In this document: positions 36,642 through 46,180 of the stretch, in pieces
How the letters are laid out: each line of letters starts with the position of its first letter
Numbering within the stretch: the stretch's first letter is position 1
Virus record (IMG/VR): IMGVR_UViG_3300045971_000344
Span: 62,001-126,000 of that record
Direction: 5' to 3' (one strand)
DNA: 64,000 nucleotides
Notes under the pieces: generated by a model
Databases searched by the model: none
Told to the model about the DNA's origin: nothing
What the model saw: only the letters and a program-made list of their open reading frames with translations
Position numbers and translations under genes: made by a program

Positions 36642-36906
36642 TACTCCAACTTGTATACTTTGCCTAATGCCTATGACTCCAAAGTATCAGGACCATATGA
36701 TAGTCGGTGATAAAAAACCACATAAAATATTAATGGGATATGAATGTCCACCCTGTAGAGAGATATTAGAAAACAGGCTTGAGGAAACAAATTGGCATAG
36801 TTGCGAGGATATAGCTAGAAATGAGTACAGATTGAAAATCCTTATTCGTTATAAGGAATTATCAGATGGCAATGAAAAATTACCAGAAGGATATAGTTAT
36901 CCATAG
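36607..36906 (+). CDS. hypothetical protein (start probably 36631)
   Basis: AGGAG RBS; CxxC motifs. Confidence 0.6.
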   Translation: MKSVRGVLMTTNTPTCILCLMPMTPKYQDHMIVGDKKPHKILMGYECPPCREILENRLEETNWHSCEDIARNEYRLKILIRYKELSDGNEKLPEGYSYP

Positions 36907-36914
36907 GAGAGATT

Positions 36915-37220
36915 ATGAAGTACAAAGCTAATACTACCTATACAAAAGAAGATGCAAAGTCAGCAATACTTGAAATGCTTGATACCCATGAGTGTATTAG
37001 AGGAGATGTTATTGTCCGTTGGATGAACCTACAGTTGCAACTAGCTCTAGTCCCTACCCACCTTCATGCCAATTATGACATTAAACAATGCCTAGATGAA
37101 TTATCCAATGAAGGCAAGGTTATTGAAATGATTTATAGAAAAAATAATGCCATTGAGTTTAAATCTGTTTATTTCCGAAAAGACTTAACTGTTATACCAC
37201 TTTTTAAAAATAAACCTTAG
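36915..37220 (+). CDS. hypothetical protein
   Basis: AGGAG RBS. Confidence 0.7.
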   Translation: MKYKANTTYTKEDAKSAILEMLDTHECIRGDVIVRWMNLQLQLALVPTHLHANYDIKQCLDELSNEGKVIEMIYRKNNAIEFKSVYFRKDLTVIPLFKNKP

Positions 37221-37228
37221 GAGTTGAA

Positions 37229-37426
37229 ATGAATCCTGAGCATCCTTATTTAAAATATCAGGCGGATAGACCTGATAAGAATGGAGTGTACTGGGTGGAT
37301 ATGTCAAAAGTACCATGGTGGCGGAAAGACGGATTAGGTTGGCCTATTGAGACCGTTAAAGGAAAACCTATTTCAAACTTTATACGTTTGGTGGTTCAAA
37401 ACATAAGGAAATGGTGCGGTAAATGA
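37229..37426 (+). CDS. hypothetical protein
   Basis: AGGAG RBS. Confidence 0.6.
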   Translation: MNPEHPYLKYQADRPDKNGVYWVDMSKVPWWRKDGLGWPIETVKGKPISNFIRLVVQNIRKWCGK

Positions 37427-37719
37427 AATACGTTATGTTTAGAAACAAGGTATCATATATTCCAATTATCTTTCCGGACACAGTTCCACATATTTGCGTT
37501 GCCGAGGCTTTCAAGGAACATCCTGACTTATGCAAGTTAGAGTTGATAAGCGCAGGATTTATAGAATTAGAGTGTGGTACAACCTATGGAGAATCAGAAA
37601 CTTTGCAGATAAAAAGTAGAGAATTGGATGCAAAGATTATCGACCTGTATTCTATTACTCATGGTATAATCGGACTTCATCCAGACGACCCGGAGGAGAT
37701 TAAAGATGGAAGCACCTAA
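37423..37719 (+). CDS. hypothetical protein, paralog of 1008..1250
   Basis: SAGF...YGESETLQIKS. Confidence 0.75.
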   Translation: MKYVMFRNKVSYIPIIFPDTVPHICVAEAFKEHPDLCKLELISAGFIELECGTTYGESETLQIKSRELDAKIIDLYSITHGIIGLHPDDPEEIKDGST

Positions 37720-37888
37720 GCTTGCGGAATTAGAATCAAGACCCTGTAGTTTGGAAGAACTACAAGCAGCATTAGTTCAGTTAATTAAGTTGCATAACGG
37801 GATGCACGAAGATATAAATAATATGATTAGACAGGGACGTATCCGCTCTAGTGCAGAAGCAAACATGGATAGGCCGTATACTATTTAA
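37706..37888 (+). CDS. hypothetical protein
   Basis: GGAGG RBS. Confidence 0.55.
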   Translation: MEAPKLAELESRPCSLEELQAALVQLIKLHNGMHEDINNMIRQGRIRSSAEANMDRPYTI

Positions 37889-38210
37889 AGGAAAGCCTAT
37901 GAAAAAGATATTTGAAGTAGAATACCCAGACTATTGTTCATATAACGCTTCGGATATTCAGGAAGCTTTACAGGATGCAACTGGTTGGGCAGTCGCTTTT
38001 ATCGTTAAAGAGATAATAGTTGAGGTGGGAAAATCTGAGTATAAGGAGAATTTGATGAACGCACAGGAATTTAAAGACTGGTCGGATTCATACAGAAAGA
38101 AAAGTTCGTACCACATGATGTGCAAAGTAGATAAAAGAATGATAGACCTACTTATGTCTCAAAGACAAAAGGAACTAAATGAAGAAGAAAAGAGTTTTGA
38201 CAGAAATTAA
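37851..38210 (+). CDS. hypothetical protein (start probably 37899)
   Basis: AAGGAA RBS. Confidence 0.6.
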   Translation: MQKQTWIGRILFKGKPMKKIFEVEYPDYCSYNASDIQEALQDATGWAVAFIVKEIIVEVGKSEYKENLMNAQEFKDWSDSYRKKSSYHMMCKVDKRMIDLLMSQRQKELNEEEKSFDRN

Positions 38211-38267
38211 CTAAACTGTAAATGATATGTAAATAATAGAGTTGTGGACTGTTTACTCCCAAGGACA

Positions 38268-38436
38268 CAGATTGCCAGACGCAGGATTAGATACCCTTCG
38301 ACTAGAGCGGTGTTGGCATAAGAGTAGGCAGTCTGCAAATAGTTGGGTAATTATGGGCGGTCGCCCCGTTCGGTACAGTTAGGAAATAATGAGGAGGGCG
38401 TACTCTGAGAATGTTCAACCCTGTACTAATTACCCA
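38268..38436 (+). ncRNA. candidate structured RNA
   Basis: CAGATTGCC/GGCAGTCTG and TGGGTAATTA/TAATTACCCA stems in a gap without ORFs. Confidence 0.4.
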
Positions 38437-38440
38437 TTAG

Positions 38441-38662
38441 TTGGTGGTTAGTCTAAGTCAAGGACACTAAGAGAACAAGACCAGCGGGGTATAATGGTAC
38501 GTGGGTTAATAACCTGTGGTGCAGTAGTACTCTATGCGGATAGTGTAGAGAAGCGCATAATCTATCCTGACGTATGAATTAGGGGCGCAATGTTCTTATC
38601 AGGTCTTTCCTGCAACACTTACCTTCTCCGAAGATGTTGGTATAACTTAGGCTAACCACCAA
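38441..38662 (+). ncRNA. candidate ~220-nt structured RNA
   Basis: 18-bp closing stem TTGGTGGTTAGTCTAAGT/ACTTAGGCTAACCACCAA (one G-U). Confidence 0.5.
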
Positions 38663-38675
38663 ACAAAGGAAATTT

Positions 38676-38990
38676 ATGTTTTTCCATGATATGAACTACA
38701 CAATACCTCAAGAATTTAGACTTCCATGGTTGTTATTTCTTTTGATGTATATTCCATTTCTTTACTGGTTTATTATTCGCGATGGATACAGGAAGTTTAA
38801 ATGGTTGAGGGAAATTCATGAGGTAGGATTTTATAATTGGGTATGGTTTGTACTATATCTAAAACGCAATGAATTTCATCCATCACTGGATAGGATAAAA
38901 ATAGTTGATGGTAGGTATTTATTGGAGGAACGACAGGGCAGAAGACAACTCGCGCATAAAATAGCTTTAAAGTTTGAGGAGCTAAAATGA
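38676..38990 (+). CDS. hypothetical membrane protein
   Basis: AAGGAA RBS; hydrophobic segment. Confidence 0.65.
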   Translation: MFFHDMNYTIPQEFRLPWLLFLLMYIPFLYWFIIRDGYRKFKWLREIHEVGFYNWVWFVLYLKRNEFHPSLDRIKIVDGRYLLEERQGRRQLAHKIALKFEELK

Positions 38991-38997
38991 GGACTAT

Positions 38998-39216
38998 ATG
39001 GGGTGTATAAGAATAGAACATGGCTACATCTGTGGACCTGATGCATTTGTTAATCTTGAACAATTCGGTGCAAATGTATGGGTCTCATGGCATAACTATA
39101 TGGGACCTACTTTCTATAGGAGTAAGAACATGATAAAACCAATAGAAGTTCCAAGTAAAAAGACTTGGGACGCTTTCACTAAATGGAGGACTTATGAATC
39201 TACAAGCAACAAATGA
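38998..39216 (+). CDS. hypothetical protein
   Basis: GAGG RBS. Confidence 0.65.
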   Translation: MGCIRIEHGYICGPDAFVNLEQFGANVWVSWHNYMGPTFYRSKNMIKPIEVPSKKTWDAFTKWRTYESTSNK

Positions 39217-39889
39217 AATTAAACCTCATCACTACTCAGCAGAAATTATTTTTCACTTCACTTGCCAAACCTGTAGGAAATGGTGGTCAATAGCAGACTG
39301 GACCCCAGTTGAAACTTTAACCTGCCCACATTGTTCTACTACCTCAAGCGTAGAAGAGTCTCCAAATTTAATAGAGGAGCAGGAAAATATGGTATCAATA
39401 ATTTCTGGTACTGTAGCTGTAGCGGATGTTCCTAATGCAAATGGAGTAGTGTACCCAAAAGAGGTACTAGAAGACCTTGTGAAAAACAACAAAAATTTTA
39501 GTATGGAAGAGGACAATCTCACGGTTAAGATTGAAACCGCTTACTCAGAACTAAAGGAACTTCATAATAAATATGATATAATAGGTTTTGATATGGAAAA
39601 GGTAGAGTCACTTAAAAGTGAGTTAGAACAGGAAATTGATATTTCACCTATTAGCAGCGAGACAATAGAACAACTAACACGAGAAGGTTATTTGGGAAAG
39701 CTAGTTAATATGGACATACCGGAATTTACTGAACAGGAAAAACAAGATGAAGCGTATTTGTTAAAAGGTCCGTGCAATACCTGTGGTTGTAGGGATACCA
39801 CATCAACTACTGCATCAGGTTATATCTGTCTTTCAGGTTCGCCAATGCCTAGAGAGAAATTTTGTAAAGACTGGAGGAGAAAAGGCTAA
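39194..39889 (+). CDS. mosaic hypothetical protein (Zn ribbon plus prohead-protease-like fragment)
   Basis: CQTC...CPHC; DVPNANGVVYPKEVL. Confidence 0.7.
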   Translation: MNLQATNEIKPHHYSAEIIFHFTCQTCRKWWSIADWTPVETLTCPHCSTTSSVEESPNLIEEQENMVSIISGTVAVADVPNANGVVYPKEVLEDLVKNNKNFSMEEDNLTVKIETAYSELKELHNKYDIIGFDMEKVESLKSELEQEIDISPISSETIEQLTREGYLGKLVNMDIPEFTEQEKQDEAYLLKGPCNTCGCRDTTSTTASGYICLSGSPMPREKFCKDWRRKG

Positions 39890-40254
39890 TGGATATCCTT
39901 ATTTCATTGCTAGGAACATTTTTCAAAACAATAGGGTTGGTTTTATTTACTATTCTAACTTATTTTATACTCCAGCATTGGTTTATCTGTCGCAGAAACA
40001 GACTTGCACTTGATAAATACTTGGAGTTGAAGGCCTGGGCAGAGAACTATGGGTATATTATAGAAACTGGAAGTACAGAGTTGAGTAAGAAATGGCTGGC
40101 CTTAAAAGGCGATATTTATTTCTTCACTTCCGAATACAATCGAGCCTTACGCTGTACTAGGTTGCAGGATGCAGAGAGCGTTGCCCGTTATTGTGAACTA
40201 TGTAGTTATAAAATAGAGAAGTACTCTAATTCACCGGAAGACCACTATGTTTAG
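39889..40254 (+). CDS. hypothetical membrane protein
   Basis: N-terminal TM helix. Confidence 0.65.
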   Translation: MDILISLLGTFFKTIGLVLFTILTYFILQHWFICRRNRLALDKYLELKAWAENYGYIIETGSTELSKKWLALKGDIYFFTSEYNRALRCTRLQDAESVARYCELCSYKIEKYSNSPEDHYV

Positions 40255-40447
40255 TAAACGTGAAGTAGGACCTTGGCATGTTAGGGCCTGCCACAAGTCA
40301 CGGGCATTCTATGCACCGAAAAATTGGCGACAGAAATTGTGGTTGCTGATAATGGGTTGGAGACCTTATCATGGTGGACTAAAAGGATGGTGGAGTAAAT
40401 CCTCGGATGACTTACGAACAAAATGGAAAAACAAGGGGAAGCGATGA
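40247..40447 (+). CDS. hypothetical protein
   Basis: packed ORF. Confidence 0.5.
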   Translation: MFSKREVGPWHVRACHKSRAFYAPKNWRQKLWLLIMGWRPYHGGLKGWWSKSSDDLRTKWKNKGKR

Positions 40448-40683
40448 AAAGTGAAAAAATGACAGAACAGTTTAACAAGTTAGAGCGGGATATAAATGAA
40501 GCACTGGATAAACCAAATGCAAGGCTCTTTACAAGGGAATTTACCCTAACAGACGGAACTAGAGTTCGAGATGAGTTCAATATCCAAACAGGTGCTCTTG
40601 ACCGGTATGTTATGCCAGTGATTCCAATAGAAATGATTAGGGTTAAGGTAACAATAGACAAGGAAGGAGCAAAAATCGAATGA
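40423..40683 (+). CDS. hypothetical protein
   Basis: packed ORF. Confidence 0.55.
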   Translation: MEKQGEAMKSEKMTEQFNKLERDINEALDKPNARLFTREFTLTDGTRVRDEFNIQTGALDRYVMPVIPIEMIRVKVTIDKEGAKIE

Positions 40684-41000
40684 TGATAAGACGAATTAGG
40701 GTTCATATAAATGGTCAATATGATGATGATAAATATATTGACCAGGCAGTAAATGAGAAACTTAAAGAAAACGAAATAAGAGTTGAAGAAGTAATAAGTA
40801 TAAACTGCCTTGAAAGGGCAAAACTGTACGAGATATTCTACAGAGGTGTGTAATGAGTGAGAACCGTAATTGGGATGTAATATATAAAATTACTGGTCAT
40901 GTAATAGGTCATCTTATGCGACCTGTTTGGATGAAAAGATTTTGGAATCTAACCAATTTCAAGAATACAGATTTTACACTAAAGTATAAAGGGAGGTCCA

Positions 41001-41357
41001 ATGGATGTATGGGTTAAGATTACTGTACCACAGTACGCACAGTTACCTGAGCAAGCTATTCAGGAGGCATTAGACAGATATTTCCAAGGCATAGAAATCA
41101 GAGTCCAAGAAATTGATGACCCGTCAGAGATACTGAGAAAATACCGGAATAGACACATAGTACAGAAGGTTTCAACTATGGATGATTTTAATAACAGAGG
41201 ACTACAGTATGAACTGATACATAAACATGGGTCAGGTAATGATAATGATGCGTTGCTTTGCCAGAGTCCAGACTTGGGTGCCATAATGACTCAGATTAAA
41301 CTTAGCGCAGAGTGTGGATTCAATAATCAACTTTATGAGTTCAACACGAAGAGGTAA
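41001..41357 (+). CDS. hypothetical protein
   Basis: GGAGG RBS. Confidence 0.7.
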   Translation: MDVWVKITVPQYAQLPEQAIQEALDRYFQGIEIRVQEIDDPSEILRKYRNRHIVQKVSTMDDFNNRGLQYELIHKHGSGNDNDALLCQSPDLGAIMTQIKLSAECGFNNQLYEFNTKR

Positions 41358-41360
41358 CCT

Positions 41361-41609
41361 ATGATAGTAAAATTTCTGGACTTCAAAACAAAAGAATTCG
41401 TTTTTGAGATGAATTGCGTAGTAGTACCTAGACGTGGTGAGAACATTCAATATCACTATTTTTCTGAGGAACAGAATAAGGTAGTGTTCTCAGAGCATAG
41501 AGTGTTAAATGTAAACCACGTACTTATGGGTGTAAATCATACTATTGTCTGTCTAGTAACTGACCCACAAAGCTGGTTAGACTATGAGTATGGACCAAAA
41601 AAGGAGTGA
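41361..41609 (+). CDS. hypothetical protein
   Basis: GAGG RBS. Confidence 0.65.
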   Translation: MIVKFLDFKTKEFVFEMNCVVVPRRGENIQYHYFSEEQNKVVFSEHRVLNVNHVLMGVNHTIVCLVTDPQSWLDYEYGPKKE

Positions 41610-41612
41610 CTA

Positions 41613-41921
41613 ATGTATATCTTAACACCACTAATGTCAAGGGGAGAAATTCATATCGCTTCTTGTAAGGTATTCTCATCCATTCTCGAAATTCAAGACT
41701 TTCTGGATTCTGTGGCAAACACATGGGATAAATTTTCTGTATGCCCGGAAGTTATTAAGATAGCCCCAGGAGTAGGGTTAGTAAAAGAGAGTGAGGAGTT
41801 TCATAAAGAATATATCTGGTCGCATAGTTATAACTCAAGAAAGAATAAAAAGCTGGAAGAGCTTAAACAGTACGGTGAGTTTAAACCTCAGGTATTAAAT
41901 ACTTTTGTAGCAAAGGAGTGA
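41613..41921 (+). CDS. hypothetical protein
   Basis: AAGGAG RBS. Confidence 0.65.
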   Translation: MYILTPLMSRGEIHIASCKVFSSILEIQDFLDSVANTWDKFSVCPEVIKIAPGVGLVKESEEFHKEYIWSHSYNSRKNKKLEELKQYGEFKPQVLNTFVAKE

Positions 41922-42430
41922 GTATGCCAAGTAAAATAAAAAGAAGACTGGCCTTGAAGGAAGCAATACTTCTATACAACCCCGAAATAGAAGCTACTTT
42001 GGACTCAGAAGAAAGAATAATTGTAGAGGCTACTTCAATTCTTCATCTTTTGAAAAAGAGTAGTCAGCATAATGTAGTAACCTGTGTTTACTGTGGGCAT
42101 GAATATCGAGAAGGTACACCAGCGTGTAAAGCCCAAGAGTTGACGGCTCATATAAAAATCTGTACTGAACATCCAATGAGAGCCTTAGAAGAAGAGAATG
42201 AAAGGTTGAGAGAGGTAATTGATAAGCAGATAATTCTTCCACCTTGTGATTTCTGTGACCGTAAGGACCTGATGCCAAATGACCAAGAAGAAGTAAAACT
42301 TAATTCACATAAAATGATAGCATGTCCTACATGCTACTCCAAGATATGCGATATAATAACCAACCTGGAACTTGAACGTAACATTGAAGGTTATGATTTT
42401 GTTAAACGCGACAGTAAGGCAGGTAAATAG
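41918..42430 (+). CDS. hypothetical Zn-finger protein
   Basis: CVYCG...HIKICTEHP; CDFC; CPTC. Confidence 0.7.
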   Translation: MSMPSKIKRRLALKEAILLYNPEIEATLDSEERIIVEATSILHLLKKSSQHNVVTCVYCGHEYREGTPACKAQELTAHIKICTEHPMRALEEENERLREVIDKQIILPPCDFCDRKDLMPNDQEEVKLNSHKMIACPTCYSKICDIITNLELERNIEGYDFVKRDSKAGK

Positions 42431-42432
42431 CT

Positions 42433-42693
42433 ATGAGCAAAGTTACTGTTAAGTGTGATGACTGTGGTCTAGTTTTAAATGCAGAAAATGCGTTCTTTGA
42501 TAGTAGTGAAGGCTTGGACTTATGTGAATTCCATCATATAGAGAGGAGATTAACTAAGGCCCTTAGAGAAAGGGATGAAAAGCAAAAATGGTTAGAAGAT
42601 ACGCACTTGAGAGATATTAAAACTATGAATGAAAAGATATCTGAACTTCGGACAAGATACGCAGAATTGTCACCTGAAAAGGAGAAGGTATGA
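42433..42693 (+). CDS. hypothetical protein
   Basis: CDDC...CEFH. Confidence 0.65.
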   Translation: MSKVTVKCDDCGLVLNAENAFFDSSEGLDLCEFHHIERRLTKALRERDEKQKWLEDTHLRDIKTMNEKISELRTRYAELSPEKEKV

Positions 42694-42947
42694 TTGATGG
42701 AAATATAAGTAGAGCCTCTGAGATAACTGACCAGACAGAAGAACAAATGGCAGAACTAGGAGATATTTTTAAGTCAACAAAAGGGCCAATTTTCTGTTGG
42801 GAATGTGGGCGTAAATTACGCTGGCCTCACTACGTAGAAATTGAGATTGATGGGCACATGAGAAGGATACACAAAGAGTGCAAGAATCCAAAAATGGCTG
42901 AATTGAAAACCAAGTATCCACTTGGAGGTAATTTTGAAATGGAGTGA
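42690..42947 (+). CDS. hypothetical protein
   Basis: ATGA overlap; CWECG...HKEC. Confidence 0.65.
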   Translation: MIDGNISRASEITDQTEEQMAELGDIFKSTKGPIFCWECGRKLRWPHYVEIEIDGHMRRIHKECKNPKMAELKTKYPLGGNFEME

Positions 42948-43176
42948 TGTAAAACAAGATACTAATAAAGATATACAAAAGCCATACGATGGAAGCATAA
43001 GGTATCGGTGTAAATTTCTTATCCTACCAAAGAAAATAGGGCATGTAACTCGTTGGCTTGAATATGCAACATGGTCAGAAGAGTATAGGTGGTTTCGCAA
43101 GGAATGGCTACCCGAAATGAAAATATGGACTAATATACGGGTGTTCAAATGGGAACCTATCCAGTGGGAAGATTAA
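42922..43176 (+). CDS. hypothetical protein
   Basis: packed ORF. Confidence 0.5.
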   Translation: MEVILKWSDVKQDTNKDIQKPYDGSIRYRCKFLILPKKIGHVTRWLEYATWSEEYRWFRKEWLPEMKIWTNIRVFKWEPIQWED

Positions 43177-43206
43177 TAATTACTATAAACAAAAGGAATA
43201 GATATT

Positions 43207-43881
43207 ATGTCTGATGAAATAAGTTCAAGTACAGTTGTAAGTATTTCGGAACATCGAATACTCAAGGATATTGCAGAACAAACAGGGTTGACAAAAGACA
43301 ATAGCAATATAGTACAGGCATTACAGGATGCCAAAGAACGGGCAGATGCCTATGAGCAGCTTGACTTACAGAAGGCACGTAAGTTGGCAGAAGCTGGACT
43401 GGAACCTTGTCCATGCTTTAACATAGTTTGTAAGCATTATCATCAAGATTCTATAGAAACTAATCGTATGAATTGGTGTGATAGAGAAATCGCTTGCCAT
43501 TCATGTTTGTTTCAGATGCTTGAAGAACCGCCTAATAGTCTTAATTATGATGAACCTATGCCTAGCCATAAAGCGGCCTTGACCAAATTGGAAGAACTTG
43601 GCCAGTTGAAAGGGCAGTTTCTGGAACACCAAACAGAAAACTCCAGGTATGAGAGGGTTACTAGAACAGAAAGAAATGAACACATGATAAGTGGTATAAC
43701 TATGGACTGTTTGTCAATTGTCATTGAGACAGCAATTCAGGATTTAATTGATAATCCTTACGTACCGGATGAAGAAAAAATTGGACTCGACCAAAACAAA
43801 CAGGTTATTGCAAGGAACGCAACAGTAGAAGTAGAAAAGGCCATGGGGATATTTCCAAATCTGAGGAGAGTAAAACTGTGA
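43207..43881 (+). CDS. hypothetical protein
   Basis: 224 aa, AAGGAA RBS. Confidence 0.75.
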   Translation: MSDEISSSTVVSISEHRILKDIAEQTGLTKDNSNIVQALQDAKERADAYEQLDLQKARKLAEAGLEPCPCFNIVCKHYHQDSIETNRMNWCDREIACHSCLFQMLEEPPNSLNYDEPMPSHKAALTKLEELGQLKGQFLEHQTENSRYERVTRTERNEHMISGITMDCLSIVIETAIQDLIDNPYVPDEEKIGLDQNKQVIARNATVEVEKAMGIFPNLRRVKL

Positions 43882-44038
43882 ATATACTATATAAAGTAGC
43901 AGAAGAAGATAAAGAAGACTTTGGGTGTGAAGTGTGTGACTGTCCAAACAGAGCAGATTTATACGTAGAAGACTTTGACGGGGATTCAGGTTACATCTGC
44001 CAAAAGTGTTACGATGAGGATTTAGCGGAGAGTCAAAA

Positions 44039-44296
44039 ATGAAAATCAAATATATAAATGCAATTAATGGGCATGAAGTAACTTCTAGTATACCTGATTT
44101 AGTTGAGGCAATCGTATCTGACACCTCATACTACGCAGGTGAAATTGAGTCTCTACAAGAAAAGATAAGCAATTTGACCAAGCTAACTGGAAATATACTT
44201 GATGCTCTTGTAACTAAGGGTACGCTAAAGGATAATGCCGTCCGTGAGATTCTTAATTCATACCAAGTTGAAAAGTTGTCAATAATAGAGGAGTGA
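44039..44296 (+). CDS. hypothetical protein
   Basis: GGAG RBS. Confidence 0.65.
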   Translation: MKIKYINAINGHEVTSSIPDLVEAIVSDTSYYAGEIESLQEKISNLTKLTGNILDALVTKGTLKDNAVREILNSYQVEKLSIIEE

Positions 44297-44583
44297 ATAT
44301 GACCGGGGATAAGATAGAAAAATTTGAAGACTGCGCCATGAACTATCTGTCCGATTTAGAGATGGCATTTAAGGTCCGTATGCTTATGAGGAATGATTTA
44401 GACCATGAGGCGGTATGTACTGCTGCTAGGGATAGAATTATGTGGCTATCCCAACAGCTTGAAGAACAACGGACAAAGATAATTGAGGACTGTGCTACAA
44501 TCGCTGAACGCCTGACCGACCGTTATGATAGACAACCGGATATCGCAGGTTCAATCAGAGAACAAATGGGTATAGCCTCATGA
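44293..44583 (+). CDS. hypothetical protein
   Basis: packed ORF. Confidence 0.65.
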   Translation: MNMTGDKIEKFEDCAMNYLSDLEMAFKVRMLMRNDLDHEAVCTAARDRIMWLSQQLEEQRTKIIEDCATIAERLTDRYDRQPDIAGSIREQMGIAS

Positions 44584-44849
44584 ACAATACAAAAGAAATT
44601 GAAAAATTAAATCTTGAGATTATAGACTTAAACAGAATCATTGGAATGTTAAGAAACCAGCGAGGTCTTGAGCAGTTACGGTTAGATAACTTAAATACGG
44701 AATTACAGCTAGAAAAGAAAAAGTACTCAGACCTTGAGGATGATTATGACCTCCAGTGTCAATGTCGTGATGGGTACCGTTCTGAGGTTATGGCATTGAA
44801 GAAACAAATGCAGAAAAAAGAAGATTACTTAAATTCTATTTTGACGTGA
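44580..44849 (+). CDS. hypothetical coiled-coil protein
   Basis: ATGA overlap. Confidence 0.65.
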   Translation: MNNTKEIEKLNLEIIDLNRIIGMLRNQRGLEQLRLDNLNTELQLEKKKYSDLEDDYDLQCQCRDGYRSEVMALKKQMQKKEDYLNSILT

Positions 44850-44856
44850 GGTATTT

Positions 44857-45234
44857 ATGGAATGTCCATACTGTAAAGGTACTGACTTTTATGAAGGTCC
44901 AACTGGTGGAATGATGATGAACGTAATCTGTGCTGATGAAGAGTGCAGACACAAGTTTAATCTTAATACTTTGACCGGAGAGCTTGAGGACCTTAAGTCA
45001 GTACAGCCCAAAGAAAAGACTATTCAGGAACGTGAGGCAGAGCGAGCAAAAGAAGTGTCAGATGCAAAGACTGCTGCATATTTAGAGGGTGTGGAGCTAT
45101 TTAAAACCAAAGGTTCTGCTGTTGACTGTATTCAGCAATCTGGAGTTGGCTGGCACTATTTTTGTGGCGCAGATTTATTTAGACTAGCTGGATACATGGA
45201 CCAATTTCACGGACGAGTTAAGGAAAGTCTATGA
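44857..45234 (+). CDS. hypothetical Zn-ribbon protein
   Basis: CPYC...C....C. Confidence 0.7.
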   Translation: MECPYCKGTDFYEGPTGGMMMNVICADEECRHKFNLNTLTGELEDLKSVQPKEKTIQEREAERAKEVSDAKTAAYLEGVELFKTKGSAVDCIQQSGVGWHYFCGADLFRLAGYMDQFHGRVKESL

Positions 45235-45494
45235 AAATGTCGGAGTCAATAGAAACAACTAGAAAAAGTCACCCATATTATGGAATGACCGAATCTAATT
45301 TTCCAGAGGACTTTACAGAATATAAAATACTCGAGGTTATAAAACATGAGGATTCAAAGACATTCGGTAATAGGGCTTACACTCATTCCTCTTATATGTT
45401 TTGTAAGGCCTGTAAAAGAATTGTTTTTACTCATAGTTATTATGGAAATAAAAATAAAGGATGCGATATTTGTACTCCAATGGAGGTAATATGA
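45231..45494 (+). CDS. hypothetical protein
   Basis: ATGA overlap. Confidence 0.6.
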   Translation: MKMSESIETTRKSHPYYGMTESNFPEDFTEYKILEVIKHEDSKTFGNRAYTHSSYMFCKACKRIVFTHSYYGNKNKGCDICTPMEVI

Positions 45495-45679
45495 AAATCA
45501 AGATAACTAGAAGGTTATTTGACTCTGACACTGACTTAGTTTTAGTTCCAAAGGATACAGAGATAGAAGCAGTTCCAGTAGACCCAAAGATTATTGATGT
45601 TGTGGATAATGCGGTAGTAATAAAGTACAACGGTCAAGACGTTTTGGTTTTTGAAGATGAATACGAGGAGATAATATGA
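45461..45679 (+). CDS. hypothetical protein (start probably 45491)
   Basis: GGAGG RBS. Confidence 0.6.
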   Translation: MRYLYSNGGNMKIKITRRLFDSDTDLVLVPKDTEIEAVPVDPKIIDVVDNAVVIKYNGQDVLVFEDEYEEII

Positions 45680-45885
45680 TAGTATGGAAATCATTGAAGG
45701 AGTCTATTCCACCAAGGCATAGGCATGTACTAACGGTAAATGCTAATATCGAGGCCCCAACCATTTTCCACAATATACACTTGGAGGAAGGTAGGTTTAT
45801 ACTAACAGCTCAAGAGAATAATCAAGATGGACGAATGGTTCATTTTCCAACGCACTGGGCATTTATGAATTTCCCGAAAGGATAA
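45676..45885 (+). CDS. DUF551-like small protein
   Basis: W.S..E..P...PTHWAF pattern. Confidence 0.5.
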   Translation: MIVWKSLKESIPPRHRHVLTVNANIEAPTIFHNIHLEEGRFILTAQENNQDGRMVHFPTHWAFMNFPKG

Positions 45886-45889
45886 ACTG

Positions 45890-46180
45890 ATGAATAAAAC
45901 AGAACACTTGTTCCAATGTTTGGCAGAGGAATCCGGAGAAGTAATACAGGCGGCAATGAAGTGCACAAGATTTGCAGTTGAAGGTCACTATCCTGACGGA
46001 ACTCCAAATATGGTTAAGCTAATAATGGAGTTGAATGATTTGACTGCCGTTGTGGAACTAATGGTTGAGCACGGAATTCCTATACTGGTAGGTTTAGGTG
46101 ATAGAGAACAGATAAATACAAAGAAAATTAAGGTCATTCAAATGATGGAAGTTGCTAAAGAGCGAGGAGCACTACAATGA
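45890..46180 (+). CDS. MazG-like all-alpha NTP pyrophosphohydrolase
   Basis: LAEESGEVIQAAMK...ELNDL. Confidence 0.7.
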   Translation: MNKTEHLFQCLAEESGEVIQAAMKCTRFAVEGHYPDGTPNMVKLIMELNDLTAVVELMVEHGIPILVGLGDREQINTKKIKVIQMMEVAKERGALQ

